Below, piece after piece: positions 16,462 to 24,589 of a DNA stretch of 64,000 nucleotides. Source of the stretch: Escherichia phage tuntematon. Numbering within the stretch: position 1 is the stretch's first letter; the number at the start of each line of letters is the position of its first letter. The stretch is from the sequence record NC_052660.1, one strand, 5' to 3'. A program made the position numbers and the translations under genes. A model generated the notes under the pieces. It was given only the letters and a program-made list of their open reading frames with translations. It ran no database searches and was not told the origin of the DNA.

Positions 16462-16711
16462 CTTTTTTCAACAATTGACATACTTTAAAAAGACTTGCTG
16501 AATCCTTGCAAGGGTAGAAAGATGTACGATAATCACGTACGCCAACCTTGCGGATCTCGATGTTTTCGCATGTTGTTTGATCAAAGATATTTATTTCATC
16601 ACGCCCCCTTATATAAACATAGTGGGGATGTATTAACGCATATTTTGCTAATCTGTAAAAAGCGTTATCTTTGAACGCGATCACGTGACCTTTTAATTTG
16701 ATGTAAAACAT
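16454..16711 (-). CDS. hypothetical early protein
   Basis: ORF-track ORF; 8-nt overlap with downstream gene. Confidence 0.55.
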   Translation of the reverse strand: MFYIKLKGHVIAFKDNAFYRLAKYALIHPHYVYIRGRDEINIFDQTTCENIEIRKVGVRDYRTSFYPCKDSASLFKVCQLLKKGG

Positions 16712-16728
16712 TCTACCACCTTACAAAT

Positions 16729-16784
16729 AGCGGGAACTATTCCCGCTTTATGTAACATATTAACAAATTATTCGTTAATGTCAA
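16729..16784 (-). promoter_or_regulatory. PeSL-like promoter + leader stem-loop
   Basis: -35 TTGACA (rc 16779-16784), -10 TAATAT (rc 16757-16762), hairpin 16729-16747. Confidence 0.6.
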
Positions 16785-16787
16785 GCC

Positions 16788-17060
16788 TTAAAGCAAAAAC
16801 GCTACATCTTGCGCTTTTAGTGTAGTATCAACCATTTTCGGGCTTTTATAATCAACAAAGCGCGCGGTTTTTTCAATAGCGAAACCGAGATAATCTTGTT
16901 TGTTGAAATTACATTCTTTCTTAAATGTTTCCCGTGCAATGGCAATCGCTGCGTCCAGGGATAAACGCCCGTCAATATTGATATTAGCGAAAGATCCGCC
17001 ACCGCTCATAGGTTTACCAGTTGTGCCAGCTACGATCATTGTTGCGCTATATGATGCCAT
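16788..17060 (-). CDS. hypothetical early protein
   Basis: ORF-track ORF; the overlapping 16817..17002 frame is rejected. Confidence 0.55.
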   Translation of the reverse strand: MASYSATMIVAGTTGKPMSGGGSFANINIDGRLSLDAAIAIARETFKKECNFNKQDYLGFAIEKTARFVDYKSPKMVDTTLKAQDVAFLL

Positions 17061-17083
17061 GATGATAATCTCTCTTCTGTTAC

Positions 17084-17144
17084 GAGCGGGAAACCACTTC
17101 CCGCCCTATGTGATACATCTTATCAGGTTGTTGTTTGTTGTCAA
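17084..17144 (-). promoter_or_regulatory. PeSL-like promoter + leader stem-loop
   Basis: -35 TTGACA (rc 17139-17144), -10 TAAGAT (rc 17117-17122), hairpin 17086-17104. Confidence 0.6.
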
Positions 17145-17150
17145 TACTTT

Positions 17151-17348
17151 TTATTCTATCCCTGCAATTTGATTAACGCGCTTGCATTTTGTAGCGTGCT
17201 GGTCTTCTGTAATGACTCCCATTTCTAACAGGGAATCAATGAAAGATAAAACCGTTTCATGATCATCCTGGGGATGACTGAACTCAGTAAAACCGTTTAC
17301 TATTACGTTGATTTGTCCAGCTTTCGCCACAATGTGCAATGTTGCCAT
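17151..17348 (-). CDS. hypothetical early protein (65 aa)
   Basis: Start moved 30 codons in (MATLHIVAKAGQ); ORF-track N-terminus is hairpin-encoded. Confidence 0.5.
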   Translation of the reverse strand: MATLHIVAKAGQINVIVNGFTEFSHPQDDHETVLSFIDSLLEMGVITEDQHATKCKRVNQIAGIE

Positions 17349-17369
17349 GATCTTAACTCCAAATAGTGA

Positions 17370-17426
17370 GCGGCACCATTGCCGCGCTACGTGGTAAATA
17401 TTATGCCGCCACCTGGCGAACGTCAA
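17370..17426 (-). promoter_or_regulatory. PeSL-like promoter + leader stem-loop (first of array)
   Basis: -35 TTGACG (rc 17421-17426), -10 TAATAT (rc 17398-17403), hairpin 17370-17385. Confidence 0.6.
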
Positions 17427-17535
17427 CCACTTTTTCAATCTTTTTTATTTTCTTTTTGCTTGCTATATATAAAGGAAAGGGCTATCATCTTTCTACCGCG
17501 CCAACCAGGGCGCACAACAAAGAAAGGGCGACACC

Positions 17536-17802
17536 ATGACAACTACTACATTACACCTTATGCACTCATTGGGCTGGCAAGGCGGCACGGTGCACCAGGT
17601 AGCAAGCGCAACGGGCTTAAAGGTTGAAACCGTTCTCAACCTGGGCGATCATAAAGTGGAAGAGATAGAACATTTTGATCCGTTCGCTGATGGTTATTTA
17701 TGGGCTTGTAATGGCGGCGGGGAAAGCAAGATACCGCCAGGGGCGCGGGGCGATATGTATTTTTGGTTAGGTGTCCTATCCTGGCAAGAAAACAAAAAAT
17801 AA
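17536..17802 (+). CDS. hypothetical protein, divergent from early array
   Basis: ORF-track ORF; candidate promoter TTGCTA-17-TATCAT near 17457-17485. Confidence 0.45.
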   Translation: MTTTTLHLMHSLGWQGGTVHQVASATGLKVETVLNLGDHKVEEIEHFDPFADGYLWACNGGGESKIPPGARGDMYFWLGVLSWQENKK

Positions 17803-17804
17803 TC

Positions 17805-17833
17805 TTGACAAGCCCAGGGATCGGGCTTATACT
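17805..17833 (+). promoter_or_regulatory. orphan sigma70-like promoter facing ORF-free region
   Basis: TTGACA 17805-17810, 17-nt spacer, TATACT 17828-17833; no ORF of 60 aa or more in the 0.8 kb downstream. Confidence 0.55.
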
Positions 17834-18091
17834 GTTTTACATACAGAAGAGGAAGCGCCACCCCACGGCGTAAAGGCGGGGCTAACATACCAGGGGCACT
17901 GGTTGGAAGGTTGATCGCCGGTAGCTCGTCTAAAATAAATTTGTAAAGAAATGTAAAGATAAAAATAATCGCTTGCTTTTGTTGTTGGTTATGTTATTCT
18001 TATTGTATGGCGAGGGGACACGGGAGCGCGAGACAAACACCGCCCCTGCGCGTCATTCTCTAAATGAGATTGATTCTTATTTAATAAAGTA

Positions 18092-18139
18092 AATGATAAT
18101 CATTCTCATTTATAAACTTAAATGCGAATCATTATCATT
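18092..18139. promoter_or_regulatory. two Fur-box-like palindromes
   Basis: aatgataatcatt (18092-18104) equals the 13-bp core of the Fur box consensus GATAATGATAATCATTATC; gaatcattatcatt (18126-18139) is close. Confidence 0.35.
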
Positions 18140-18190
18140 TGCATTTCCATATGAGAACCCTTCTCATTCTCACCTGCATAAAAATTTTTG

Positions 18191-18368
18191 TAAACTTTAA
18201 ATTTTGCTTTTGTACTTTCATTTTTGTAAAAGCAAAAAAACTTTAAATACTGTGGGCGCGCAAAATTTTTAAAATTTTCCTTGACTTTTGAGTTTTGTTT
18301 TGTATCTAACATTTTAAGATAATTTTCCTAAACTTTAAATTTTGGTTTTCAACTTTCACTTTTGTAAA
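18191..18368. repeat. 40-bp direct repeat, 2 copies about 138 bp apart
   Basis: taaactttaaattttgcttttgtactttcatttttgtaaa (18191-18230) vs taaactttaaattttggttttcaactttcacttttgtaaa (18329-18368), about 35/40 identical. Confidence 0.6.
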
Positions 18369-18610
18369 TTCTTAAAAAGTTTAAATAATTTGAGGAATTT
18401 TTGAGATAACAAGTAGTGGTAATTTGAGATAACCTTTAATCTTATTGGCAGACCTTCAGGAACCCACCTAGATCGAATCCTAATGATGCAAACTGAAAAA
18501 GATAAGTGTTTGTATAGGACAAAATAATAGGCTCTCTACGGTGCTGTAGGAGCCTTATTTCTGTGCTACAAAGTGACACCTTTGTTCTAAAAATGAAAAA
18601 AGTTAAAATA

Positions 18611-19153
18611 TCACAAATATCGTCTTTGCGGTATTTTGTCTGGGAAAAGTATTTCGATCAGTTTGTTATGATATTTGCCTAAAAGATTCTGCCCTTTCCA
18701 GGTGGCAGGGTTTAGCACCCCTGGTTCATACATCCCCATTCCAATTCCGTAAACCTTATCGTAGGGGCTTGCTTCAACAAACGTTTTGTATTGGTAAAGG
18801 TGTAAGTCTGCATACAAATCTGGATTCTGTACATATTTCAAGCATAAACCTCGCATAACAATACGCTCACGGTTCTCTTCCCATACGTTGTTATCAAAAT
18901 CCGACACTGCCCTACCCATACGTTTGTAATAAGCTTGGATCTTCTCATCTTTCCGTATCAAACTATGAGTCAGAATAGCCTGTGCAGTGTTGTGGTCATT
19001 AAAAAGCAAAGCTTTACGCCACATCATGTATTGTTCGACACAATTAAATGTCTGATTGTAACCTGGTTCGGTTTCTGTAAAGGGTGCAATATACCAATTA
19101 CTAAAAACATCTTTATGTGAAAAGAAGAATACATATTCGTCAGTTATTCTCAT
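18611..19153 (-). CDS. NADAR-family (YbiA-like) protein
   Basis: FFFSHKDVFSNW, CVEQYMMWRKA and WKGQNLLGKYHNKLIE match NADAR/DUF1768 hallmarks (E. coli YbiA: FYSTSDDYGDFSNF, SEHYFQAQKF, GKGKNRLGYLLMELR). Confidence 0.75.
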   Translation of the reverse strand: MRITDEYVFFFSHKDVFSNWYIAPFTETEPGYNQTFNCVEQYMMWRKALLFNDHNTAQAILTHSLIRKDEKIQAYYKRMGRAVSDFDNNVWEENRERIVMRGLCLKYVQNPDLYADLHLYQYKTFVEASPYDKVYGIGMGMYEPGVLNPATWKGQNLLGKYHNKLIEILFPDKIPQRRYL

Positions 19154-19365
19154 TTTTTCATACCTTCTAAGACTTTAGCTTGCCCGTCTTGAAAAGCTTT
19201 CATCAGAACTATCTTAAGATTGACTTCCAAACGTTCTTCATCCTCTTTATAACAATCCAACACTGCTTTAAGTTCATCATAGTGGTTCAGAATAGGTTTA
19301 AAGATTTCATGATCTGCTAAACGTGCCATAGTTTCTCCTTTGTTAATCCATCCACCAGTAGCCAT
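19150..19365 (-). CDS. hypothetical protein
   Basis: ORF, ATGA overlap with NADAR gene. Confidence 0.55.
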   Translation of the reverse strand: MATGGWINKGETMARLADHEIFKPILNHYDELKAVLDCYKEDEERLEVNLKIVLMKAFQDGQAKVLEGMKK

Positions 19366-19708
19366 AAACCGCGTCTGCGTCGATGAGTTTGTGTTTGTTG
19401 TTCCGCATGTAGTCTAAGATAAGTAGACGTTTATTGTATCTGGAGAGATTATGACCCTCTTTTCCGCCATAGTCAAAATATTTTGCAAGATCTTTACACT
19501 CAAACAAAATCAATTCGGGAGTTTCTTCATACTGGTCTGTCTGGTACACTTGACGAATGATCATGTATACATCATCGTCTTCCGCTAAATGCTCTACTGG
19601 TCCACATCCAGCAGGAACAAATTCATAGTCCCATCGAATCAGATGTTTCTCTACTGCTTCAAAGAAGTCCATTCTTTCGTTGCGCATAATTTGAACGTCA
19701 ACTAACAT
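19343..19708 (-). CDS. hypothetical protein
   Basis: ORF-track ORF in operon. Confidence 0.55.
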   Translation of the reverse strand: MLVDVQIMRNERMDFFEAVEKHLIRWDYEFVPAGCGPVEHLAEDDDVYMIIRQVYQTDQYEETPELILFECKDLAKYFDYGGKEGHNLSRYNKRLLILDYMRNNKHKLIDADAVYGYWWMD

Positions 19709-20700
19709 GTTTCCTCCTGTAATGTTCCACCATAAAGTTTATAAATGTTTTGTATTGAAGCCAGACAAGATAGCTCCACTGTTTCTGTGTAGCCATCTGG
19801 CATAGAATATTTGCTCACTGCTTCCGTGTGAAGGACACGCTTACAACGCTTTTCTGCATCTTTGCATTGCTTCACAGTAGGGAAGTGCCACACTTGGCTC
19901 TGTTTCATAGTAAACACATTATGACTATTTTGTTCTTTGATACGGCGATCACTACTATTGGCAATACCAAACTTCAAAGCACAGAGAAGATTTTGTTCAT
20001 CATAGATATAGTTGATGTATGCCTGTTGTTGTGTATGCCCTTTACACTGCGGACAACCACGCCCCTTATGTAATAAGTGGTCAGCATTCCCTATTTGCTC
20101 CCCGTGATCCTTACATCCATATTTAAACTCTCCTGTTGAGGAAGGTTTACTAATCCACTCTATCCAGATATATCCTTTACTTTCTAAACCTTTTCTCGCC
20201 TTGTAAGTGATCTGATCTTTTGTATAACGGTAAACTCTAGTACAACGACAAGGGATAATCCCTTTTTTAAGATCGTTCCCTGCAATGTAAAATTTACCAT
20301 CACACACTCCTGCTTGTACGTATTCATCATGAGAACAAACAGGACATTCAACCATCCAGAGAATATGACTCCCTTTACGTTTGCCTGTATTGGTGAAAAT
20401 GGTACCAGGTTTAAACTTTCCTGTGTTAATGAAATCTTTTATGTGCTGATCGTCTGTCTTACCTCCTTTCCCAACTCCTTTCCCAATTGCACAGACAGGA
20501 CAACCAGCACGACCAGTTTTAAAGTTTTTAAATGTTGTAGTGTTCCATTCATGAGCATACTGACAACGATTGATCATTTTCGTGTGTTGTCCTGTAAACG
20601 GCTCAACAATTCCAATAATCTCAATACCTTTAGCAGCAGCAATAGGTTGACACTCTTCAATATATTGTTCAATACTCTTCTTTACTGGCATATCTAACAA
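19702..20700 (-). CDS. Cys-rich zinc-ribbon protein, function unknown
   Basis: Repeated CPVC/CPQC/CxC pairs (CPVCAIGK, ECPVCSHDEY, CPQCKGH); no catalytic motif recognised. Confidence 0.6.
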   Translation of the reverse strand: MLDMPVKKSIEQYIEECQPIAAAKGIEIIGIVEPFTGQHTKMINRCQYAHEWNTTTFKNFKTGRAGCPVCAIGKGVGKGGKTDDQHIKDFINTGKFKPGTIFTNTGKRKGSHILWMVECPVCSHDEYVQAGVCDGKFYIAGNDLKKGIIPCRCTRVYRYTKDQITYKARKGLESKGYIWIEWISKPSSTGEFKYGCKDHGEQIGNADHLLHKGRGCPQCKGHTQQQAYINYIYDEQNLLCALKFGIANSSDRRIKEQNSHNVFTMKQSQVWHFPTVKQCKDAEKRCKRVLHTEAVSKYSMPDGYTETVELSCLASIQNIYKLYGGTLQEETC

Positions 20701-20726
20701 TTATCTCCCTATTAAACTGAAATCAA

Positions 20727-20753
20727 TATAACAAAACCCGCCGAAGCGGGTTT
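20727..20753 (-). terminator. intrinsic terminator after ATPase gene
   Basis: aacccgc-cgaa-gcgggtt followed on minus strand by TTTTGTT. Confidence 0.65.
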
Positions 20754-20769
20754 AGCTATTTGTGCTGTA

Positions 20770-21909
20770 TCAGAATACGCTACCCAGGGTAGTGGAACGT
20801 TGTGTTACAGGTTCCAGCACCACTCGCAGAGTGTTTCCTGGTGTAGTGCTCATAACCAGAATCTTACCACCTTCAATCAGATCACAAGTTAGACCATCAG
20901 CCGTTGCACATAGATCAATATGTGGATCACCATCTTCATCCAGGATAACATAACTGTTGGTTTCCATTGCTTCCACTTCATCATCTTTCAAACTTTGTAG
21001 ATAGATGTTCAGGGAACAAGCACCCGACAAAAACTTAGTAGGGGTGAAGTCGTGCCAGTTATTGATCCAATTCACCTTCAAGGTTTTGCCATTAGCTACG
21101 ATAGAAGCCACATTCCATTTAGCATCGTTGCCTAAAGAAATACCCATCATTTCAAGACATTCTTTAAAAGTCATTTTTGGATAGAAATTCAATTCTTCTA
21201 CAATGCCTTGAATAACATCGAAAGACAACTCTGTGCTAACATCCCATAAACGTTGGAAGTTATCTACGTGCTTTTTATTTACCAAGTTCTTATCCAAGTA
21301 ATCTAACATAGTTTCACTAGACAGTTTATCGTAATTGAAACTGTAGTAGATACGACTAGGACGGTTTACAAAATATTCCGAGATATAACCACTATTTTTA
21401 GTGAGGATGTAAAGTTTATTCCCACTTCCTGTTCCATCCAACAAGGTCAACAGTGCTTCCTGATCTTCTTTCTTAGCGTACACTTTATCAAATTCGTCAA
21501 ATAAAACAACAGCACGATCTGTAATTTTACTCATAAATTCTAAGAAGCCAGCATCTGTGTAAGGCTGTGTAACCAAAATGGTTGGAATACCTAAACCTTC
21601 TGTGGACATTAGGGACATGCTAATTAGTTTAGCTAACATCGTCTTACCACTGCCTTTTGTGCCTGTCAGTAACACCCCAGTATTTTTACCTTCTTTACTA
21701 CGACGAGCAAATGTTTTAATAACATGTGCGGCGCGGTCTTTAGTTTCCCCATAAAGAGTGTTCGGAAGAGAGAAACTTTCGCCACGCACTAAAGAGTAGT
21801 TACCGTGCGGATCGCAGTTGACAACCCAAACTCCAGCAGGAAGTTTATTAGCTTCAACGCCATATTCCTTATTTACAACAGCTACATCTCCAAAAATAGT
21901 GTATTTCAT
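20770..21909 (-). CDS. P-loop NTPase (AAA-type ATPase)
   Basis: Walker A GTKGSGKT and Walker B VVLFDEFD. Confidence 0.65.
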   Translation of the reverse strand: MKYTIFGDVAVVNKEYGVEANKLPAGVWVVNCDPHGNYSLVRGESFSLPNTLYGETKDRAAHVIKTFARRSKEGKNTGVLLTGTKGSGKTMLAKLISMSLMSTEGLGIPTILVTQPYTDAGFLEFMSKITDRAVVLFDEFDKVYAKKEDQEALLTLLDGTGSGNKLYILTKNSGYISEYFVNRPSRIYYSFNYDKLSSETMLDYLDKNLVNKKHVDNFQRLWDVSTELSFDVIQGIVEELNFYPKMTFKECLEMMGISLGNDAKWNVASIVANGKTLKVNWINNWHDFTPTKFLSGACSLNIYLQSLKDDEVEAMETNSYVILDEDGDPHIDLCATADGLTCDLIEGGKILVMSTTPGNTLRVVLEPVTQRSTTLGSVF

Positions 21910-22265
21910 TAGAACGTTTCTCCTTTTAAAATAATTACTGTAAACTTTGCAGTTTTTTCACTCTTAATATTCTTGACTAATAAGTACTCTCCTCCAGGGG
22001 CATCTTTGTATTGTTTAATAGCTACTATTTCATTTTTGCAAGTAGCTATAATCGAATAAAAAGGACGTTCCGTGTTATCTTCTTTTCCTGTATATGCCTC
22101 AACATCTTGGCACTCTTCCAGAACACCATTTCCAGGTGTATAGTAAAATTTGTTGCCTGTGATTACAACATCTTTACCAATATCCGTTTTAACTGCTACA
22201 AATTTTTGAGCGTAAGTGGTGAAGCTTACGGTAGCCAGCAATGTGGCTAAGATTAATTTTTTCAT
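21909..22265 (-). CDS. secreted protein (signal peptide)
   Basis: Start moved 10 codons in to MKKLILATLLATVSFTTYAQ (RBS GGAGGGAAG); signal-peptide-like. Confidence 0.55.
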   Translation of the reverse strand: MKKLILATLLATVSFTTYAQKFVAVKTDIGKDVVITGNKFYYTPGNGVLEECQDVEAYTGKEDNTERPFYSIIATCKNEIVAIKQYKDAPGGEYLLVKNIKSEKTAKFTVIILKGETF

Positions 22266-22276
22266 AAACTTCCCTC

Positions 22277-22441
22277 CTATTCCCACAACATACAAATCGC
22301 AGCGACAAACATATTAACAATAGCCGCACCAAGAACTATAAACATCGCCAGTTCTGAACAATATTCACCAACCAGAGGGGATATTATTGCACAAAGTAGT
22401 CCCAATGTCAAACACAAATTGATGATGAAGTTTAAAATCAT
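22277..22441 (-). CDS. candidate 54-aa membrane protein
   Basis: Hand-translated MILNFIINLCLTLGLLCAIISPLVGEYCSELAMFIVLGAAIVNMFVAAICMLWE; RBS AAGGAGAGAA; not in ORF track. Confidence 0.4.
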   Translation of the reverse strand: MILNFIINLCLTLGLLCAIISPLVGEYCSELAMFIVLGAAIVNMFVAAICMLWE

Positions 22442-22450
22442 ATTCTCTCC

Positions 22451-22615
22451 TTACAACCAACCCTTTGCCTGGTAGCCTTTAGAAAATCCATCTTCCCATT
22501 CTTCGAATTCCTTTTTGTGTGTCATTGGACAGTATGGATTTACTTTATTAAACATACCAAACTTGAACCCTGCGGTATACCCTTTCTTAAAAGCTATTGA
22601 TTCTAAAGAGATCAT
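22451..22615 (-). CDS. hypothetical protein (54 aa)
   Basis: Start moved 9 codons in (MISLESIAFKKGY) with RBS AAGAGGAGAAAG. Confidence 0.45.
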   Translation of the reverse strand: MISLESIAFKKGYTAGFKFGMFNKVNPYCPMTHKKEFEEWEDGFSKGYQAKGWL

Positions 22616-22628
22616 ATTCTTTCTCCTC

Positions 22629-22880
22629 TTAGAACTCGACAATGATTTTGTCTAAGTGTTCTGCTTCAACTTGGGATAATGTTAACACCTGCACCAAACC
22701 TCTGTCAATGCCTAATTTGATCACTTGCAAATAATCACCGAAAAGATCAGAGATTTCGATCTGGTGTTCAGTAACCACCACGACCTCGTTACCCTTGGTA
22801 TACTCTCTCCAGATTCGTCCACACTTGTAAATGAAATCTTTCTGGTCTTCACTGATCATCTTAGGCTTAACGCTTAACAT
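22629..22880 (-). CDS. hypothetical protein
   Basis: ORF-track ORF. Confidence 0.55.
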   Translation of the reverse strand: MLSVKPKMISEDQKDFIYKCGRIWREYTKGNEVVVVTEHQIEISDLFGDYLQVIKLGIDRGLVQVLTLSQVEAEHLDKIIVEF

Positions 22881-23236
22881 TACATACTCCCGTATTCTGG
22901 TTCAATATTATGTTTACGACAAATGGTATCCCAACGTTCATTACCAAAACTTCTTCCATGTAGAGCGTTAAATGCGAAATGCTCTGCCAACCACAATACT
23001 ACATCATCAGGATCTGTGTCAAGAGGAATTCTAAACTCTCGATCATAACGCATACGCAGAATAAAATCCTTATCATCTTCAAGGAGATACATGTGACTTT
23101 TAGCCCGTGATGCCAAATCAAAGAAAGGAGGCTCATCTTTCCAAACGTGACGCTCAACTTCAACACCATGATCAACTACCAGAGTAGCGATCACCTCTCT
23201 CATTTCTTTACTAAACATATTACCTCCATTAACCAA
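22880..23236 (-). CDS. hypothetical protein
   Basis: ORF-track ORF. Confidence 0.55.
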   Translation of the reverse strand: MVNGGNMFSKEMREVIATLVVDHGVEVERHVWKDEPPFFDLASRAKSHMYLLEDDKDFILRMRYDREFRIPLDTDPDDVVLWLAEHFAFNALHGRSFGNERWDTICRKHNIEPEYGSM

Positions 23237-23417
23237 TTAGTTCAACCGATTTGCAAATGTAAATCCAAACTGGAGTGAGCATAAGAGCTATACCGAATAC
23301 ACAATTCCACTTAATTCCCATTTCCTCTATTAGAGACATGATTAAGCCAACAGCACTAATAATCAGATAGATCCCTAAGAAAGCCATTGTGAAGAATTCA
23401 GACATATTTAGCTCCAA
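23229..23417 (-). CDS. small membrane protein
   Basis: Two hydrophobic segments (FLGIYLIISAVGLIM, VFGIALMLTPVWIYI). Confidence 0.5.
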   Translation of the reverse strand: MELNMSEFFTMAFLGIYLIISAVGLIMSLIEEMGIKWNCVFGIALMLTPVWIYICKSVELIG

Positions 23418-23764
23418 AGATTATCAAAATAACTAGCAAATAAAAGACGGCCCTCTAATCGTGCCTTCCTTTGATCTTCAGCATACACGATTTCTGGATT
23501 ACCACTATCAATAAAAGCATTCTCCATCTTTTCTAAAATATTTAACCACTCTCTTCTACCTGTCTCCTCTTCTTCATCTGTATACGGCGCACTTCTATTT
23601 GGATACAAAACACGCATCAGTTTAGTGGGGATCATGACAAACGTGCTATTGTTTGCCTTCTCACGGAAGGCTTTAATTCCTGCATAGATTACCTTCCCCA
23701 AAGCTGCATCCAAATCCATCAGGTCACTTTCTTCTATTTGAATTTCATCGTGTACAATTTTCAT
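23408..23764 (-). CDS. hypothetical protein
   Basis: ORF-track ORF. Confidence 0.55.
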   Translation of the reverse strand: MKIVHDEIQIEESDLMDLDAALGKVIYAGIKAFREKANNSTFVMIPTKLMRVLYPNRSAPYTDEEEETGRREWLNILEKMENAFIDSGNPEIVYAEDQRKARLEGRLLFASYFDNLWS

Positions 23765-24048
23765 CGTGCATTCTCCCGATCTGCATCTAATTTCGACAAG
23801 AAAGCTGTATACTCTTCAGAACCTTGGTGTAAAAACATGCGATAAGAGCTTACCAGTTTCTTGGTCGTTGTATAACGTTCCATTTCCCCAACAACACCTC
23901 CACCTAGTGTGTAGAGCACAATACCTTCAACTCCAACATGGGTTACTACTTCAACCAAGTCTGTGTTATCCCAATGGTAGTTAGGTGACACAATAAGATC
24001 GCCCACTGCCAGTTTAATGTTTGCTACTTCATTTTGTGAATAATACAT
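23761..24048 (-). CDS. hypothetical protein (95 aa)
   Basis: Start moved 33 codons in (MYYSQNEV) with strong RBS AGAGGAGAA. Confidence 0.5.
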   Translation of the reverse strand: MYYSQNEVANIKLAVGDLIVSPNYHWDNTDLVEVVTHVGVEGIVLYTLGGGVVGEMERYTTTKKLVSSYRMFLHQGSEEYTAFLSKLDADRENAR

Positions 24049-24085
24049 TTGGTTCTCCTCTCTTAATTGATGGAAATAGTATACC

Positions 24086-24577
24086 TCACCACATAATCTC
24101 GCGCAACTCTTTTTCTTCTTTAAAATTACGCAAGTCTTCCAGTGCACGGTTTAGGTCTTCTTCCGTCTCTGCTTTCTGGACTTTTTCCATCATTTTCGCA
24201 ACAATATTTTTCTTAACTTGCAAATCTGGAACAGGCATACGTTTTTCCATTTCATAAACTTCTCGTTTATGGCGTTCCTCCATCTCTGCTTTTTCTTTTA
24301 CCCAATCCGCCTCGTCCATTGCACCTTTGCAGACACAAGTGTAACCTTTAATAGTATAATCACCATGTTCAATACCAGGTTGAAGAGCTAAGGCTTCATT
24401 ACCACAATACGCGCACAACGGACGACCTGGCATTTTCAAAGTTTTGGTAGCCTTAGCGCCACATTGACTATCCCAGCTTGTTTTATAACTGGAACCGTTG
24501 TCTCCGTGAGAACGACCAACCAAGAAGTTACGGAAGAAACCCATAGCACGTTCGTCAATGTAATCAGGGTAAGCCAT
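24086..24577 (-). CDS. hypothetical Cys-rich protein
   Basis: ORF-track ORF; CAYCG...CVCKG pairs. Confidence 0.55.
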   Translation of the reverse strand: MAYPDYIDERAMGFFRNFLVGRSHGDNGSSYKTSWDSQCGAKATKTLKMPGRPLCAYCGNEALALQPGIEHGDYTIKGYTCVCKGAMDEADWVKEKAEMEERHKREVYEMEKRMPVPDLQVKKNIVAKMMEKVQKAETEEDLNRALEDLRNFKEEKELREIMW

Positions 24578-24589
24578 TATATTCTCCTT

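Noticed and set aside
16817-17002. Second minus-strand frame 16817..17002 nested in 16788..17060
   Set aside because: Fully nested in a longer ORF that has a proper start after a PeSL unit.
6356-17426. Possibility that the reiterated GC hairpins form a CRISPR array
   Set aside because: Repeat units vary in sequence, spacers are 150-600 bp coding genes of irregular length, each repeat sits in a promoter context, and there are no cas genes.
17840-18480. tRNA gene in the ORF-free hub (including a gatcgaatcc stretch near 18463-18472 that resembles a T-loop)
   Set aside because: No acceptor, D or anticodon stems could be paired around either candidate; the T-loop-like string lacks a matching T-stem.
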